A DNA stretch of 42,446 nt, taken from a virus. Its lineage: Duplodnaviria; Caudoviricetes. Position numbers and translations under genes: made by a program. Where the stretch lies: positions 1 through 42,446 of the IMG/VR virus record IMGVR_UViG_3300037309_000033; one strand, given 5' to 3'. This document shows positions 34,142 through 42,446 of the stretch, piece by piece (the first letter of the stretch is position 1; each line of letters opens with the position of its first letter). The notes beneath the pieces are model-generated. The model worked only from the letters and a program-made list of their open reading frames with translations. It was not told the DNA's origin and searched no databases.

Positions 34142-34512
34142 TGAGCTTTGGTCCGATGATCTACGGCGAGGCCGATATCTCCGACCCGGCGATCTCCGCT
34201 GCGGCGACGGCGCTGGTGTCTGCCGTGTCCGCACGGGTGAAGCGCACCGTCATTGCGGGGGCTGAGCCCAAGAACGAGGTGACGACCAACCAGGGCATGA
34301 CCCTGATGTATTGCTACGCCGCGTGCGTGAACGCGATCAGCGACGCTGGGCCGATCACCAATGGGGCCACCATTCAGGCGCTGGTCGCGCTGCTGACCAG
34401 CATGGCGTTGCCGTTGCCGCAGCAAGACCGCGAGGGGCTGCTGATCCATATCGTCCAGCACACTCTGGCGAGCATCGCGGTCAACGAAACCATGCGCGGC
34501 TCCGCCACGTGA
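34138..34512 (+). CDS. Hypothetical protein
   Basis: Coupled ORF in the early rightward operon. Confidence 0.6.
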   Translation: MMSFGPMIYGEADISDPAISAAATALVSAVSARVKRTVIAGAEPKNEVTTNQGMTLMYCYAACVNAISDAGPITNGATIQALVALLTSMALPLPQQDREGLLIHIVQHTLASIAVNETMRGSAT

Positions 34513-35075
34513 CCGCTGCAGCCGCCTCCCCTTACAATCTCTGCGGCCGGTCTGGCGCGGCAGGGGTGCGCCCGGACGGAGAGGGCGGCTCCGGCCTGCC
34601 CTCTCCGAAAGGCCAGACGCCTAAGGGATGGGCGCTGATCGAGCTGCCGGCGCCGCCCAGCGTCAACAACGCGTTCAAGAACGTGCGCGGGCGCGGGCGG
34701 GTCAAGGCGGAGCCCTACCGCGACTGGGAATCAAACGCTGGCTGGAGGCTGCGGCTGTCGAACCCGCCCCGCTTTGCGGAGCCCGTCGTCGTGGTCATCG
34801 GCTGCGAGCGACACCGTCTGGCGGCCGACATCGACAACCGCCTGAAGCTGACGCTGGACCTGCTGGTCGCGCACCAAGTGCTGCGCGACGACCGCGACGT
34901 CGTCGCCCTGGCGGCCGCCTGGAATCCTCCGGGCTCGTCTCTTATCCGCATTGCGATTGCTCCGGCTTCGGACGGCATCGCTCTCTGCTTCCACCTCGCC
35001 GACTCATCGGGCGCTTATGGCGGGTGGTTTGTCACGGCGCCCTCAGGAGAGAACAATGGCCTTGAGCCTGACTGA
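34509..35075 (+). CDS. rusA: RusA-like Holliday junction resolvase
   Basis: PPSVNN, DIDNRLK...D, DDRDV. Confidence 0.85.
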   Translation: MTAAAASPYNLCGRSGAAGVRPDGEGGSGLPSPKGQTPKGWALIELPAPPSVNNAFKNVRGRGRVKAEPYRDWESNAGWRLRLSNPPRFAEPVVVVIGCERHRLAADIDNRLKLTLDLLVAHQVLRDDRDVVALAAAWNPPGSSLIRIAIAPASDGIALCFHLADSSGAYGGWFVTAPSGENNGLEPD

Positions 35076-35835
35076 CTTGAAGCGCGTGCGCGCTGATCTG
35101 CCGCCGCGCATCATCATCTACGGCCCACCAGGGATGGGCAAGACGACGCTCGCGTCGGAGTTCCCGGCGCCGGTGTTCCTCCAGATCGAGGACGGCACGC
35201 CAGGCGATTTGGAGCTGACGAGCTTCGGCCACCTGCAGTCGTTCTCGGCCGTCATGGACGCGCTGACTGCTCTGTATGCGGAGGAGCACGCGTATAAGAC
35301 CGTCGTCGTCGACAGCCTGTCCGAGCTGGAGGCTCTCATCTGGGAGGAGACGGCGCGCCGCAACAACTGGCAGAGCATCGAGCAGCCTGGGTACGGCAAA
35401 GGCTATGTCGAGGCCGACCGCGTGTGGGGCGAATTCGTCGAGGGCCTGAACGCCTTGCGCCGGCAGCGTGGCCTCGGCATCGTGCTCATCGGGCACGCGG
35501 TGGTGGACCGCTTCGACGACCCGACGTCGCATAGCTACTCGCGCTACGACGTTGACCTACACAAGCGGGCCAAGGCGAACCTCGACCGCGAGGTCGACGC
35601 GATCTTCCTGGTGAAGCAGGAGGTGGCCATCGCCAAAGAGGACACCGGCTTCAACAAGCAGCGCACGATCGGCATGTCTGGCGACGCGCGCTGGATCTAC
35701 ACCGAGGGGCGGCCGAGCTACACGGCGAAGTCGCGCTACCCCATGCCCGACCGCATCCTGTTTAAGAAGGGCGCGGGCTACGCCGCGATCGCGCCTCACC
35801 TACCCGGCTCGGCTGCGCCGGCTGCCGCGGCTTAG
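35056..35835 (+). CDS. Sak4-like P-loop ATPase (AAA_24)
   Basis: YGPPGMGKTT, VVVDS, GYGKGY, IGH. Confidence 0.88.
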   Translation: MALSLTDLKRVRADLPPRIIIYGPPGMGKTTLASEFPAPVFLQIEDGTPGDLELTSFGHLQSFSAVMDALTALYAEEHAYKTVVVDSLSELEALIWEETARRNNWQSIEQPGYGKGYVEADRVWGEFVEGLNALRRQRGLGIVLIGHAVVDRFDDPTSHSYSRYDVDLHKRAKANLDREVDAIFLVKQEVAIAKEDTGFNKQRTIGMSGDARWIYTEGRPSYTAKSRYPMPDRILFKKGAGYAAIAPHLPGSAAPAAAA

Positions 35836-35850
35836 TCGGAGGATCGACGC

Positions 35851-36393
35851 ATGGCAGACCTTGGATTCTTCGATCCCAACGCCGTTAACGATGAGCGCGA
35901 GCTGATCGCTGCGGGCAAGTACACCGCTCAGATCACCGAGAGCGACGTCGTGCCTACCAAAGCCGGCACGGGCTCAATGCTGAAGCTCAAGTGGCAGATC
36001 ATGGGCGGGCCTGCACAAGGGCGCGTTCTGTTCGACCAGATCAATCTGTCGAACCCGAACGCCCAGGCGGTGCAGATCGGCCAGCAGCAGCTCAAGCGGA
36101 TCTGCGTCGCGCTGGGGTTGGGTCCCATTCAGAACAGCGCCCAGCTGCATCTCCGCCCTTGCATGATCACCGTTGGCGTGAAGGACGGCGATGGTCAGTA
36201 CGGGCCGCAGAACGTCATCAAGGCGTATGCGTCGCTGTCTGGGCCGGCGCCTACTTCGGCCAATGCGCCGCCACCTGCTGGTCCTGCTCCGGCCAATGCG
36301 CCGCCACCTGCTGGTCCTGCTCCGGCCAATGCGCCGCCACCTCCACCGCCGGCGACTGCGGTCGCGGGCGCGACGCGGCGCCCCTGGGAATAA
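35851..36393 (+). CDS. DUF669 SSB-like protein with Pro-rich tail
   Basis: GKYTAQITESD...LKLKWQI...GRVLFD...NVIKAY...RPWE. Confidence 0.85.
   Translation: MADLGFFDPNAVNDERELIAAGKYTAQITESDVVPTKAGTGSMLKLKWQIMGGPAQGRVLFDQINLSNPNAQAVQIGQQQLKRICVALGLGPIQNSAQLHLRPCMITVGVKDGDGQYGPQNVIKAYASLSGPAPTSANAPPPAGPAPANAPPPAGPAPANAPPPPPPATAVAGATRRPWE
36257..36342 (+). repeat. 33-bp tandem repeat, about 2.6 copies (PANAPPPAGPA)
   Basis: Units start at 36257, 36290 and 36323. Confidence 0.9.
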
Positions 36394-36409
36394 CCGCTCC
36401 CTGCTGACT

Positions 36410-36444
36410 GCCTGGGCGGCCTTGTGTCGCCCAGGCTCCTTTTT
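36410..36444 (+). terminator. Putative terminator/attenuator
   Basis: GCCTGGGCGGC-CTTGT-GTCGCCCAGGC stem, then TCCTTTTT. Confidence 0.5.
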
Positions 36445-36482
36445 CAACGCGCCCATTGGCGTGAACGCTGGAGTCTGGCCCG

Positions 36483-37208
36483 ATGGCAAGCAACATCACA
36501 TTCACACACAAGTTTTTTGGTTGGCTTGAGGCCGAGGCCAAGCGCTGGATCAACCCGGACGGCAGCGAAGGCGCAATCGTCGCGCTGAGCGCCACCGTGG
36601 CGCCTGGTCTGACGCTGAGCGCGTCAATCGAAATCGGCCCCCGCGTGAGCATCGGCCCCCGCGTGAGCATCGGCCCCGGCGCGAGCATCGGCCCCCGCGT
36701 GAGCATCGGCTCCGGCGCGAGCATCGGCGATGGCGCGAGCATCGGCCCCCGCGTGAGCATCGGCCCCGGCGCGAGCATTGGCCCCCGCGTGAGCATCGGC
36801 CCCCGCGTGAGCATCGGCCCCGGCGCGAGCATCGGCCCCCGCGTGAGCATCGGCCCCGGCGCGAGCATCGGCGATGGCGCGAGCATCGGCCCCCGCGTGA
36901 GCATCGGCCCCGGCGCGAGCATCGGCGATGGCGCGAGCATTGAGAAAGGCGAATGGCACTTTACTGCTGGGCCGCAGGGCTCCCGAAATGCCTTGGCGAC
37001 CGCAGTGCTGAAACCCGAGGGCCTGCGCTGGTGGGTGGGGTGTCAAGAGGGCATCACGACTGACGTGTTTCGGGAGCGTGTGCTGCTCGACCATGCAGAG
37101 GGCTCCGCGTCTCGGGAGGACTATTTGCACCTGATCGCGATGGTGGAGACGCACCCGGCCATTGCCCGCGCGACGGCCGCCAAATCGGCGGAGGCGTCCA
37201 ATGGCTGA
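36483..37208 (+). CDS. Left-handed beta-helix hexapeptide-repeat protein
   Basis: 17 IGxxxS hexapeptides. C-terminal GSRNA...WWVGC domain. Confidence 0.8.
   Translation: MASNITFTHKFFGWLEAEAKRWINPDGSEGAIVALSATVAPGLTLSASIEIGPRVSIGPRVSIGPGASIGPRVSIGSGASIGDGASIGPRVSIGPGASIGPRVSIGPRVSIGPGASIGPRVSIGPGASIGDGASIGPRVSIGPGASIGDGASIEKGEWHFTAGPQGSRNALATAVLKPEGLRWWVGCQEGITTDVFRERVLLDHAEGSASREDYLHLIAMVETHPAIARATAAKSAEASNG
36633..36938 (+). repeat. 18-bp tandem repeat x17, four variants
   Basis: ATCGGC-(CCCCGCGT/CCCGGCGC/GATGGCGC/TCCGGCGC)-GAGC, with one unit starting ATT. Confidence 0.95.
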
Positions 37209-38175
37209 CCTGACACCCTTTATCCGCCCGCTTGTCGCTGATGCGATGGATGCAGGCCGCCAAGTCCACGCTGAACGGCGTCACTCTCGCCGCCTGGGCG
37301 GCTCCCAGATCGGAGCCGAGTGCGACCGAGCGATCTGGTACGGCTTTCGCTGGGCCTATCCGCCCGAGAGCTTTTCGGGCCGCATGCTGCGGCTGTTTGA
37401 GACGGGCCAAGTCTACGAGCGCCGCCTGCTCGACGAGCTGCGTCGCGCCGGCGTCTCGGTCTACGGCGATCAGGACGAGCTGAGCGCTCTGGGCGGCCAC
37501 TTCGTGGCGAAGATCGACGGGCGCGCGCTGCGCGTTCCCGACGCTCCGAAGGCGGAGCATCTGGTGGAGATCAAGACCCACAACGAGAAGAGCTTTAAGG
37601 CGCTGGTGAAGGACGGCGTGGCGAAGGCGAAGCCGCAGCACTTCGCGCAAATGCAGACTTACATGCACGTCTTCAGCCTGCAGCGCGCGCTCTACGTCGC
37701 GGTCAACAAGAACGACGACACGCTCTATGTCGAGCGGGTCGCCTACGACATCGACGAGGCGGTGCGGCTGATGGCTCGGGCCGAACGCATCATTCGCGCC
37801 GACCGCCCGCCGCCGAAGCTCCACGACGATCCGACGTCAAAGATGGCATCGGCGTGCGGCTACTGCCCCGCCCGCTCCATCTGCCACGAGGGCGCCTTCG
37901 CCGACCGGTCTTGCCGCACCTGCATTCACTCCACCGCGCTGGTAGATGGCTTTGGCGGGCAGTGGCATTGCGCGCGGTGGGACAAGACGCTGGACGCCCG
38001 CGAGCAGGCCATGGGGTGCGACAAGCATCTCTACATTCCAGATCTGGTTCCTGGCGAGCAGGACAACGCTGACGCCGTTGGCGAGTGGGTCAGCTACCTC
38101 ATGCCGGATGGCTCCTATTGGGTGGACGAGCCGTCGCCGAACAAGTGCGCGCCTGCCGAGGGAGGCGCGTCGTGA
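37201..38175 (+). CDS. PD-(D/E)xK exonuclease (YqaJ/Cas4-like) with Cys clusters
   Basis: LGGSQIGAECDR, KIDG, VEIKT, QMQTYM, CGYCP...C, CRTC. Confidence 0.82.
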   Translation: MADLTPFIRPLVADAMDAGRQVHAERRHSRRLGGSQIGAECDRAIWYGFRWAYPPESFSGRMLRLFETGQVYERRLLDELRRAGVSVYGDQDELSALGGHFVAKIDGRALRVPDAPKAEHLVEIKTHNEKSFKALVKDGVAKAKPQHFAQMQTYMHVFSLQRALYVAVNKNDDTLYVERVAYDIDEAVRLMARAERIIRADRPPPKLHDDPTSKMASACGYCPARSICHEGAFADRSCRTCIHSTALVDGFGGQWHCARWDKTLDAREQAMGCDKHLYIPDLVPGEQDNADAVGEWVSYLMPDGSYWVDEPSPNKCAPAEGGAS

Positions 38176-38663
38176 ACCCCGGCCTGCTTAAGCTGATTGC
38201 GGGCGCTCAGGACGGCGGGGCTGTGCTTTGCCTTGGCGCCTACCTGTCGCTACCGCGGGAGAAGCGCATCGAGCTGATCGCCGACTGGCTCTACGTGCTG
38301 GACGAGCTGTTGGCTCTGGAGCGCGACGGCATAGAAGCCGCCAAGGCGCGCCCGGGTTACAAGCACGCGGCGCCGTCGATCAAGTATTGGCGCCCTTGCC
38401 CGTCGACTGGTTCGACGCGGCGCTATGGGAAGGGCGTTAAGAAGACCGAGCCCTCGGTCGTCATCGACGTGTCTCGCTATCGCCATCTCAGCCGCAACAG
38501 CGCGATCGAGATGGCGCTGATCGATTACCCCACCGCCAGCTACCTGGACATCGAGATGCAGTTCGGCTGCTCGCGCTCCGCCGTCGCCGGCATCGCCAAG
38601 CGCGCGCAGCTTAACGTGGCGGCTCGCCATGCGAGCACGTTCGGTGGAGGCGACGATGATTGA
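38172..38663 (+). CDS. Hypothetical protein with a C-terminal GcrA-like HTH
   Basis: ASYLDIEMQFGCSRSAVAGIAKRAQL resembles the GcrA HTH (SASQIA..LG.VTRNAVIGKVHRLGL). Confidence 0.5.
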   Translation: MNPGLLKLIAGAQDGGAVLCLGAYLSLPREKRIELIADWLYVLDELLALERDGIEAAKARPGYKHAAPSIKYWRPCPSTGSTRRYGKGVKKTEPSVVIDVSRYRHLSRNSAIEMALIDYPTASYLDIEMQFGCSRSAVAGIAKRAQLNVAARHASTFGGGDDD

Positions 38664-40290
38664 CCTTCGCCCCTACCAGCGCGCGGCGATCGAGGCCGCC
38701 TACACCTACTGGCGCGAGGGCGGTGGCAACCCGCTCATCGAGATGGCCACCGGCCTGGGTAAGTCGGTCGTGGTTGCCGAGCTGAACCGCCAGATGCTTG
38801 AGCGCTGGCCCGACATGCGGCTCCTGAACCTTGTGCACGTGCGCGAGCTGGTCGCCCAGAACTACGCCGCTGTGCGCCGCCTTTGGCCCGACGTGCCGGC
38901 CGGGATCTACAGCGCCGGGCTGAACCGCCGCGACGCTCACGCGCGGGTGGTCTTCGCTTCGGTGCAGTCGGTGTTCCGCAAGGCGCAGGAGCTGGGGCCG
39001 CGCGACTGCATCCTGATCGACGAGGCGCACCTTGTGCCGCACCATGGCGAGGGCATGTACCAGACGCTGCTCGCGGCTCTGCGCAAGATGCGCCCGGATC
39101 TGCGGGTGCTGGGCCTGACCGCCACGCCCTACCGCCTGGATAGCGGGCGCCTGGACCTGGGCGATGGGCGGCTGTTCGACCGCATCGTCTACAGCTACGA
39201 CGTCGCCCGCGGCATTGCCGATGGCTGGCTGTCGCCGGTCAAGGCGCGCCTGGCGGCTGCCCAGATCGACGTCTCCGGCGTGGCTCGCCGCGGTGGCGAG
39301 TTCGTCGCTGGGGATCTGGAGCGGGCCGCCAACACCGACGATCTGGTCGAGGCCGCCTGCGATGAGATCGTCGCCATCGGCGCGGCGCGGCGGTCATGGC
39401 TTTGCTTCTGCAGCGGCGTTCAGCACGCCGAGCACGTCGCGCTGGCGCTTAAGAAGCGCGGCATCGAGGCGGCCATGATCTGCGGCGAGACACCGACTGC
39501 GGAGCGGGACCGCCTCATCAGCGCCTTCAAGGCCGGGACGCTCCGGGCACTGACGAACGCCAACGTCTTGACCACCGGCTTTGATGCGCCGGCTGTCGAT
39601 CTGATCGCGCTCCTGCGCCCCACTCTATCGGCGGGCCTCTATGTGCAGATGATCGGCCGCGGCACGCGTAAGGCGGATGGCAAGGCTGACTGCCTGGTTC
39701 TCGACTTTGCCGGCAACGCTCGGCGCCACGGCCCGATCGACGCGATCGAGGGCAAGCGGCCGAAAGAGGGCGGCGGATCTGGCGACGAGCATCGGGTCAA
39801 GGTCGACGAGGTGCGCGGCAAGACGTGCCCTTCGTGCGAGTTCATCGTCGCCTATGCCGCCGCTCAGTGCGTCCACTGCGGCCATGAGTTCCCCAAGCAG
39901 CCCAAGCACGAGGCGAAGGCCGACCGCGAGGCGGTGCTGTTCAAGGCCGAGTTGCCCGCACCCGTCGTCAAGGAGGCTCCGGTCGTGGCCTGGGTGGCGC
40001 GGCGGCACGAGAAGATGGGATCACCCGACAGCGTGCGCGTCACCTACCACGCCGGGCTCATGTCCTACGAGGAGTGGATCTGCCCGGAGCATGAGGGCTT
40101 TGCCCGCCGCAAGTTCGAGCGCTGGTGGCTGGATCACGCCGCCTCGCCTTGCCCTGCCACCGTGCAGGAGGTGCTGGACGCGTGGCCGTCCCTCAAGCGG
40201 CCAGAGCTCGTTTTCATCCAACCCGATGGCAAGTGGTGGCGCATCGTCGGGCGCCGCTTTGCTCAACCTCAGGAGGTGACCACCGCATGA
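38656..40290 (+). CDS. SF2 DEAH helicase (RadD/YejH-like) with Zn finger
   Basis: LRPYQ, ATGLGKS, IDEAH, TATP, QMIGRGTR, CPSC...CVHC. Confidence 0.93.
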   Translation: MIDLRPYQRAAIEAAYTYWREGGGNPLIEMATGLGKSVVVAELNRQMLERWPDMRLLNLVHVRELVAQNYAAVRRLWPDVPAGIYSAGLNRRDAHARVVFASVQSVFRKAQELGPRDCILIDEAHLVPHHGEGMYQTLLAALRKMRPDLRVLGLTATPYRLDSGRLDLGDGRLFDRIVYSYDVARGIADGWLSPVKARLAAAQIDVSGVARRGGEFVAGDLERAANTDDLVEAACDEIVAIGAARRSWLCFCSGVQHAEHVALALKKRGIEAAMICGETPTAERDRLISAFKAGTLRALTNANVLTTGFDAPAVDLIALLRPTLSAGLYVQMIGRGTRKADGKADCLVLDFAGNARRHGPIDAIEGKRPKEGGGSGDEHRVKVDEVRGKTCPSCEFIVAYAAAQCVHCGHEFPKQPKHEAKADREAVLFKAELPAPVVKEAPVVAWVARRHEKMGSPDSVRVTYHAGLMSYEEWICPEHEGFARRKFERWWLDHAASPCPATVQEVLDAWPSLKRPELVFIQPDGKWWRIVGRRFAQPQEVTTA

Positions 40291-40568
40291 CCGAACCCTT
40301 GATCCGCACCAGCCCGGAGAACCGCGACAGCACGGAGCCCGAGTTCATCACCGGGATTGTGGCGCTGCCGGTTTTTGAGCTGGGCGAGCCCGACATTCGC
40401 GCCGCGGGCGCTCGCGCCGGTCGCTACCTTGACGTCATCGGCAAGACCGACCTCGGCACACTGGACGCCGCCGAGTGGCGCCACTTCTGCGGCCTGATGA
40501 TTGCCACAGCCTTTGACCACGCGGTCGACCGCATGAAGGGGCGCTGGGCGCCGCCATTGGGGGAGTGA
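40287..40568 (+). CDS. DUF6511-like protein
   Basis: AGRYLDVIGKTDLGTLDAAEWRHF. AGGAGG RBS. Confidence 0.65.
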   Translation: MTEPLIRTSPENRDSTEPEFITGIVALPVFELGEPDIRAAGARAGRYLDVIGKTDLGTLDAAEWRHFCGLMIATAFDHAVDRMKGRWAPPLGE

Positions 40569-40572
40569 GACG

Positions 40573-40806
40573 ATGGGTATTCTGACCGATAATCCGCGCG
40601 AAACATTGATGGGCGCCATAGCGTCGCTGAAGGCCATCGACGGCTATCTGGCCGCGCAGGAGCAGGCTGTAATGGGGCGGCCAGATCAAGTTGCGGAATT
40701 GGTAGAGCAGCGCAGTCGTTTGGCGCTGTCTCTGTGGCGCCACCGCGAGGCCGTGCGGATTTTGGACCTGCACCACGAAGCCATTTTCGGCCCTGCGGAC
40801 AAATGA
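40573..40806 (+). CDS. Hypothetical protein
   Basis: Coupled ORF with GGAG RBS. Confidence 0.6.
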   Translation: MGILTDNPRETLMGAIASLKAIDGYLAAQEQAVMGRPDQVAELVEQRSRLALSLWRHREAVRILDLHHEAIFGPADK

Positions 40807-42446
40807 TGACTGCTGAGGGGCCGAGCCAGCCCAGCCCGTATGCGCGGGCGCACGGTGATCTGTCGGCGCTCGGCTGGCACGCCATTCCGCTGACGCCGGC
40901 CGACTGCGGGCGCGACGGCCGCGGCAAGGCGCCGGGCGAATACAAGTTCGGCCAGTGGTGGGAGATGAGCCAGTGGCAGCGCTTCCGCGACCGCGCGCCC
41001 ACCGACTTCGAGCGCAAGCTCTGGGCGGAGCGCTGGCCCGGCGCTAACGTTGGCGTCGTGCTCGGTGCCCGCATCGGTGACGCCCAGGTCGTCGCCCTCG
41101 ACATCGACGCCGTCGACTACGACGCCTACGACGCCATCGCCCGCGCCGCTCCTGATTCGCCCATGGTCAAGCGCGGGCAGAAGGGCGAGACCCGCTTCTA
41201 TCGGGCCTCCCCTTCCCTACGCACCCGCCAATGGCGCGATGGCGAGAAGCGCATTCTTGCCGACCTGCTCACCGGCCAGGAGACGCGTCAAACGGTCGTG
41301 CCGCCCTCGGTGCATCCTGAGACTCATCAGCCGTATGTCTGGCTGGCTGGCCCGGTGAGCCCTGCCGATCTGCCGTTCCTCACCGACGACGACGTCGCCG
41401 CCCTAGTGGAGACCATGGAGCGGCTCGGCGCCACGGATGGGCCGCCAAAGCGCGAAGCCGCCCCACGGGAGCCCGCAGGCGAAAGGAACTTCTGGACCGA
41501 GGTCAAGGATGCGGCGATGGCCGATCTGGCCGCCTGGGCGCCAGCTCTCGGCCTCCACGGCCTTCGTCGCGCGCGGCAGGGCTACGAGGCGGTGGCGACG
41601 TGGCGGGAAAGCTCGACGGGCCGCCCCACCTCGGAGCGCAAGCGCAACCTGTCGATCCAGCCATCGGGCATTAAGGACTTCGGCACCGGCGAGACGTTCA
41701 CGCCGATCGATCTGGTGATGCGCGCTCACGGCGTCGGCCAGGAGGAGGCCACCGCTTGGCTGCGAGAGCGGCTCGGCATGGCCGACCCGGACGCGGCCGC
41801 CTTTGCCGCGGCGATCGCGGCTCAGCCCATGCGCATCAAAGAGCCGGAGCCGACGCGGGATGAAGCGCCGGCGAAGGCCGCGCCGCTTGCCAACGGGCGC
41901 GAGGCGCCGAGCGACGTCATCCGCGGCGCCCAGGTGGGCATCCTCGGAGCCCTCATGGATTGGGTGCTCGGGCAGTCGCGGCGACCCCAGCCGATCATCG
42001 CCCTGGGCGCTGCCCTTTCGATCCTGGGCGCCTGCACGGCGCGGCGCTATGGCGGGCCGACCCGCTCGGGCACCCACCTCTACACGCTCGCGCTCGCGCC
42101 ATCGGGCGCTGGCAAGGACGGGCCGCTAAAGAGCGTCGCCCAGGCGCTCAATATCGCGCAGCTGAAGAACCGGCTCGGCCCGGGCGAGTTCATCTCCTTC
42201 CCGGCCATCATCAACCGCCTTGGCCGGGATCCGGTCTGCATCGCGCCCATTGACGAGTTCGGCGGCTTCCTGAAGCGCGTGAACGGCCGCGGCGCCTCAT
42301 CCTACGAGCAGGGCATCTCCGGCGTGATGCGCCAGCTCTGGTCGTCGTCGTTCAGCGACTATCTGGCGCCGGAGTGGGCCAGCCGGGCGGCTCCGGTCAT
42401 CCACGCGCCGCACTTCGGCGTGTTCGGCGTGGCGACCCATCAGGAG
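40803..42446 (+). CDS. Prim-pol primase plus DUF3987-like domain, continuing into 1-816 (775 aa on the circle)
   Basis: GWHAIPL...GKAP, NVGVVLG, ALDID, QTVVPPSVHP, APSGAGK, IDEFG. Absent from the ORF track because it runs off the end. Confidence 0.85.
   Translation, partial: MMTAEGPSQPSPYARAHGDLSALGWHAIPLTPADCGRDGRGKAPGEYKFGQWWEMSQWQRFRDRAPTDFERKLWAERWPGANVGVVLGARIGDAQVVALDIDAVDYDAYDAIARAAPDSPMVKRGQKGETRFYRASPSLRTRQWRDGEKRILADLLTGQETRQTVVPPSVHPETHQPYVWLAGPVSPADLPFLTDDDVAALVETMERLGATDGPPKREAAPREPAGERNFWTEVKDAAMADLAAWAPALGLHGLRRARQGYEAVATWRESSTGRPTSERKRNLSIQPSGIKDFGTGETFTPIDLVMRAHGVGQEEATAWLRERLGMADPDAAAFAAAIAAQPMRIKEPEPTRDEAPAKAAPLANGREAPSDVIRGAQVGILGALMDWVLGQSRRPQPIIALGAALSILGACTARRYGGPTRSGTHLYTLALAPSGAGKDGPLKSVAQALNIAQLKNRLGPGEFISFPAIINRLGRDPVCIAPIDEFGGFLKRVNGRGASSYEQGISGVMRQLWSSSFSDYLAPEWASRAAPVIHAPHFGVFGVATHQE
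42315..42446. repeat. Terminal direct repeat, right copy
   Basis: Matches 1-132 with one mismatch. Confidence 0.95.

Noticed and set aside
33820-34461. Long N-terminal extension of CI in the ORF track
   Set aside because: It overlaps cro and the next gene on the other strand. The repressor domain starts near 33813.
36633-36938. Possible CRISPR array or DGR repeat
   Set aside because: The units are contiguous with no unique spacers, are in frame in a coding gene, and no cas operon or reverse transcriptase is present.
36251-37154. Antisense repeat ORFs (MLAPGP..., AGADAH...)
   Set aside because: Shadow frames of the 18-bp repeat.
37201-38175. CRISPR-associated Cas4
   Set aside because: Its context (Sak4-like ATPase, SSB, helicase) is a standard phage recombination module.

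Overview
This window is an essentially complete, circularly assembled temperate siphovirus genome of about 42.3 kb, high in GC. Positions 1-132 repeat at 42315-42446 with one mismatch. The host is probably an alphaproteobacterium, inferred from CtrA-, GcrA- and DnaA-like domains, a GTA-gp10-type chaperone and DUF3168. Gene order is: primase end, alphaCTD-like moron, origin-like repeat region, small regulators, HNH, cos-like region, ParB-MTase, two reverse cassettes, terminase, portal, ClpP protease, HK97 capsid, head-tail genes, tail, tail tip and tail fibre. A leftward early operon follows (small ORFs, attP, integrase, Xis-like, C5 MTase), then CI/Cro and a rightward replication module (RusA, Sak4-like ATPase, SSB, hexapeptide-repeat protein, nuclease, helicase, primase). 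Main points of interest: (1) stand-alone copies of host cell-cycle and transcription regulator DNA-binding domains around an origin-like locus; (2) an attP carrying a promoter plus the 5' half of tRNA-Gly(CCC); (3) no recognisable endolysin, with the tail fibre abutting a truncated gcrA-like stub; (4) acidic Trp-heptad motifs shared by the head-closure and tail-tip proteins; (5) two cassettes with duplicated promoter, operator and leader; (6) a TerL with no local start codon. All family calls come from reading motifs by eye, and no database search was run.
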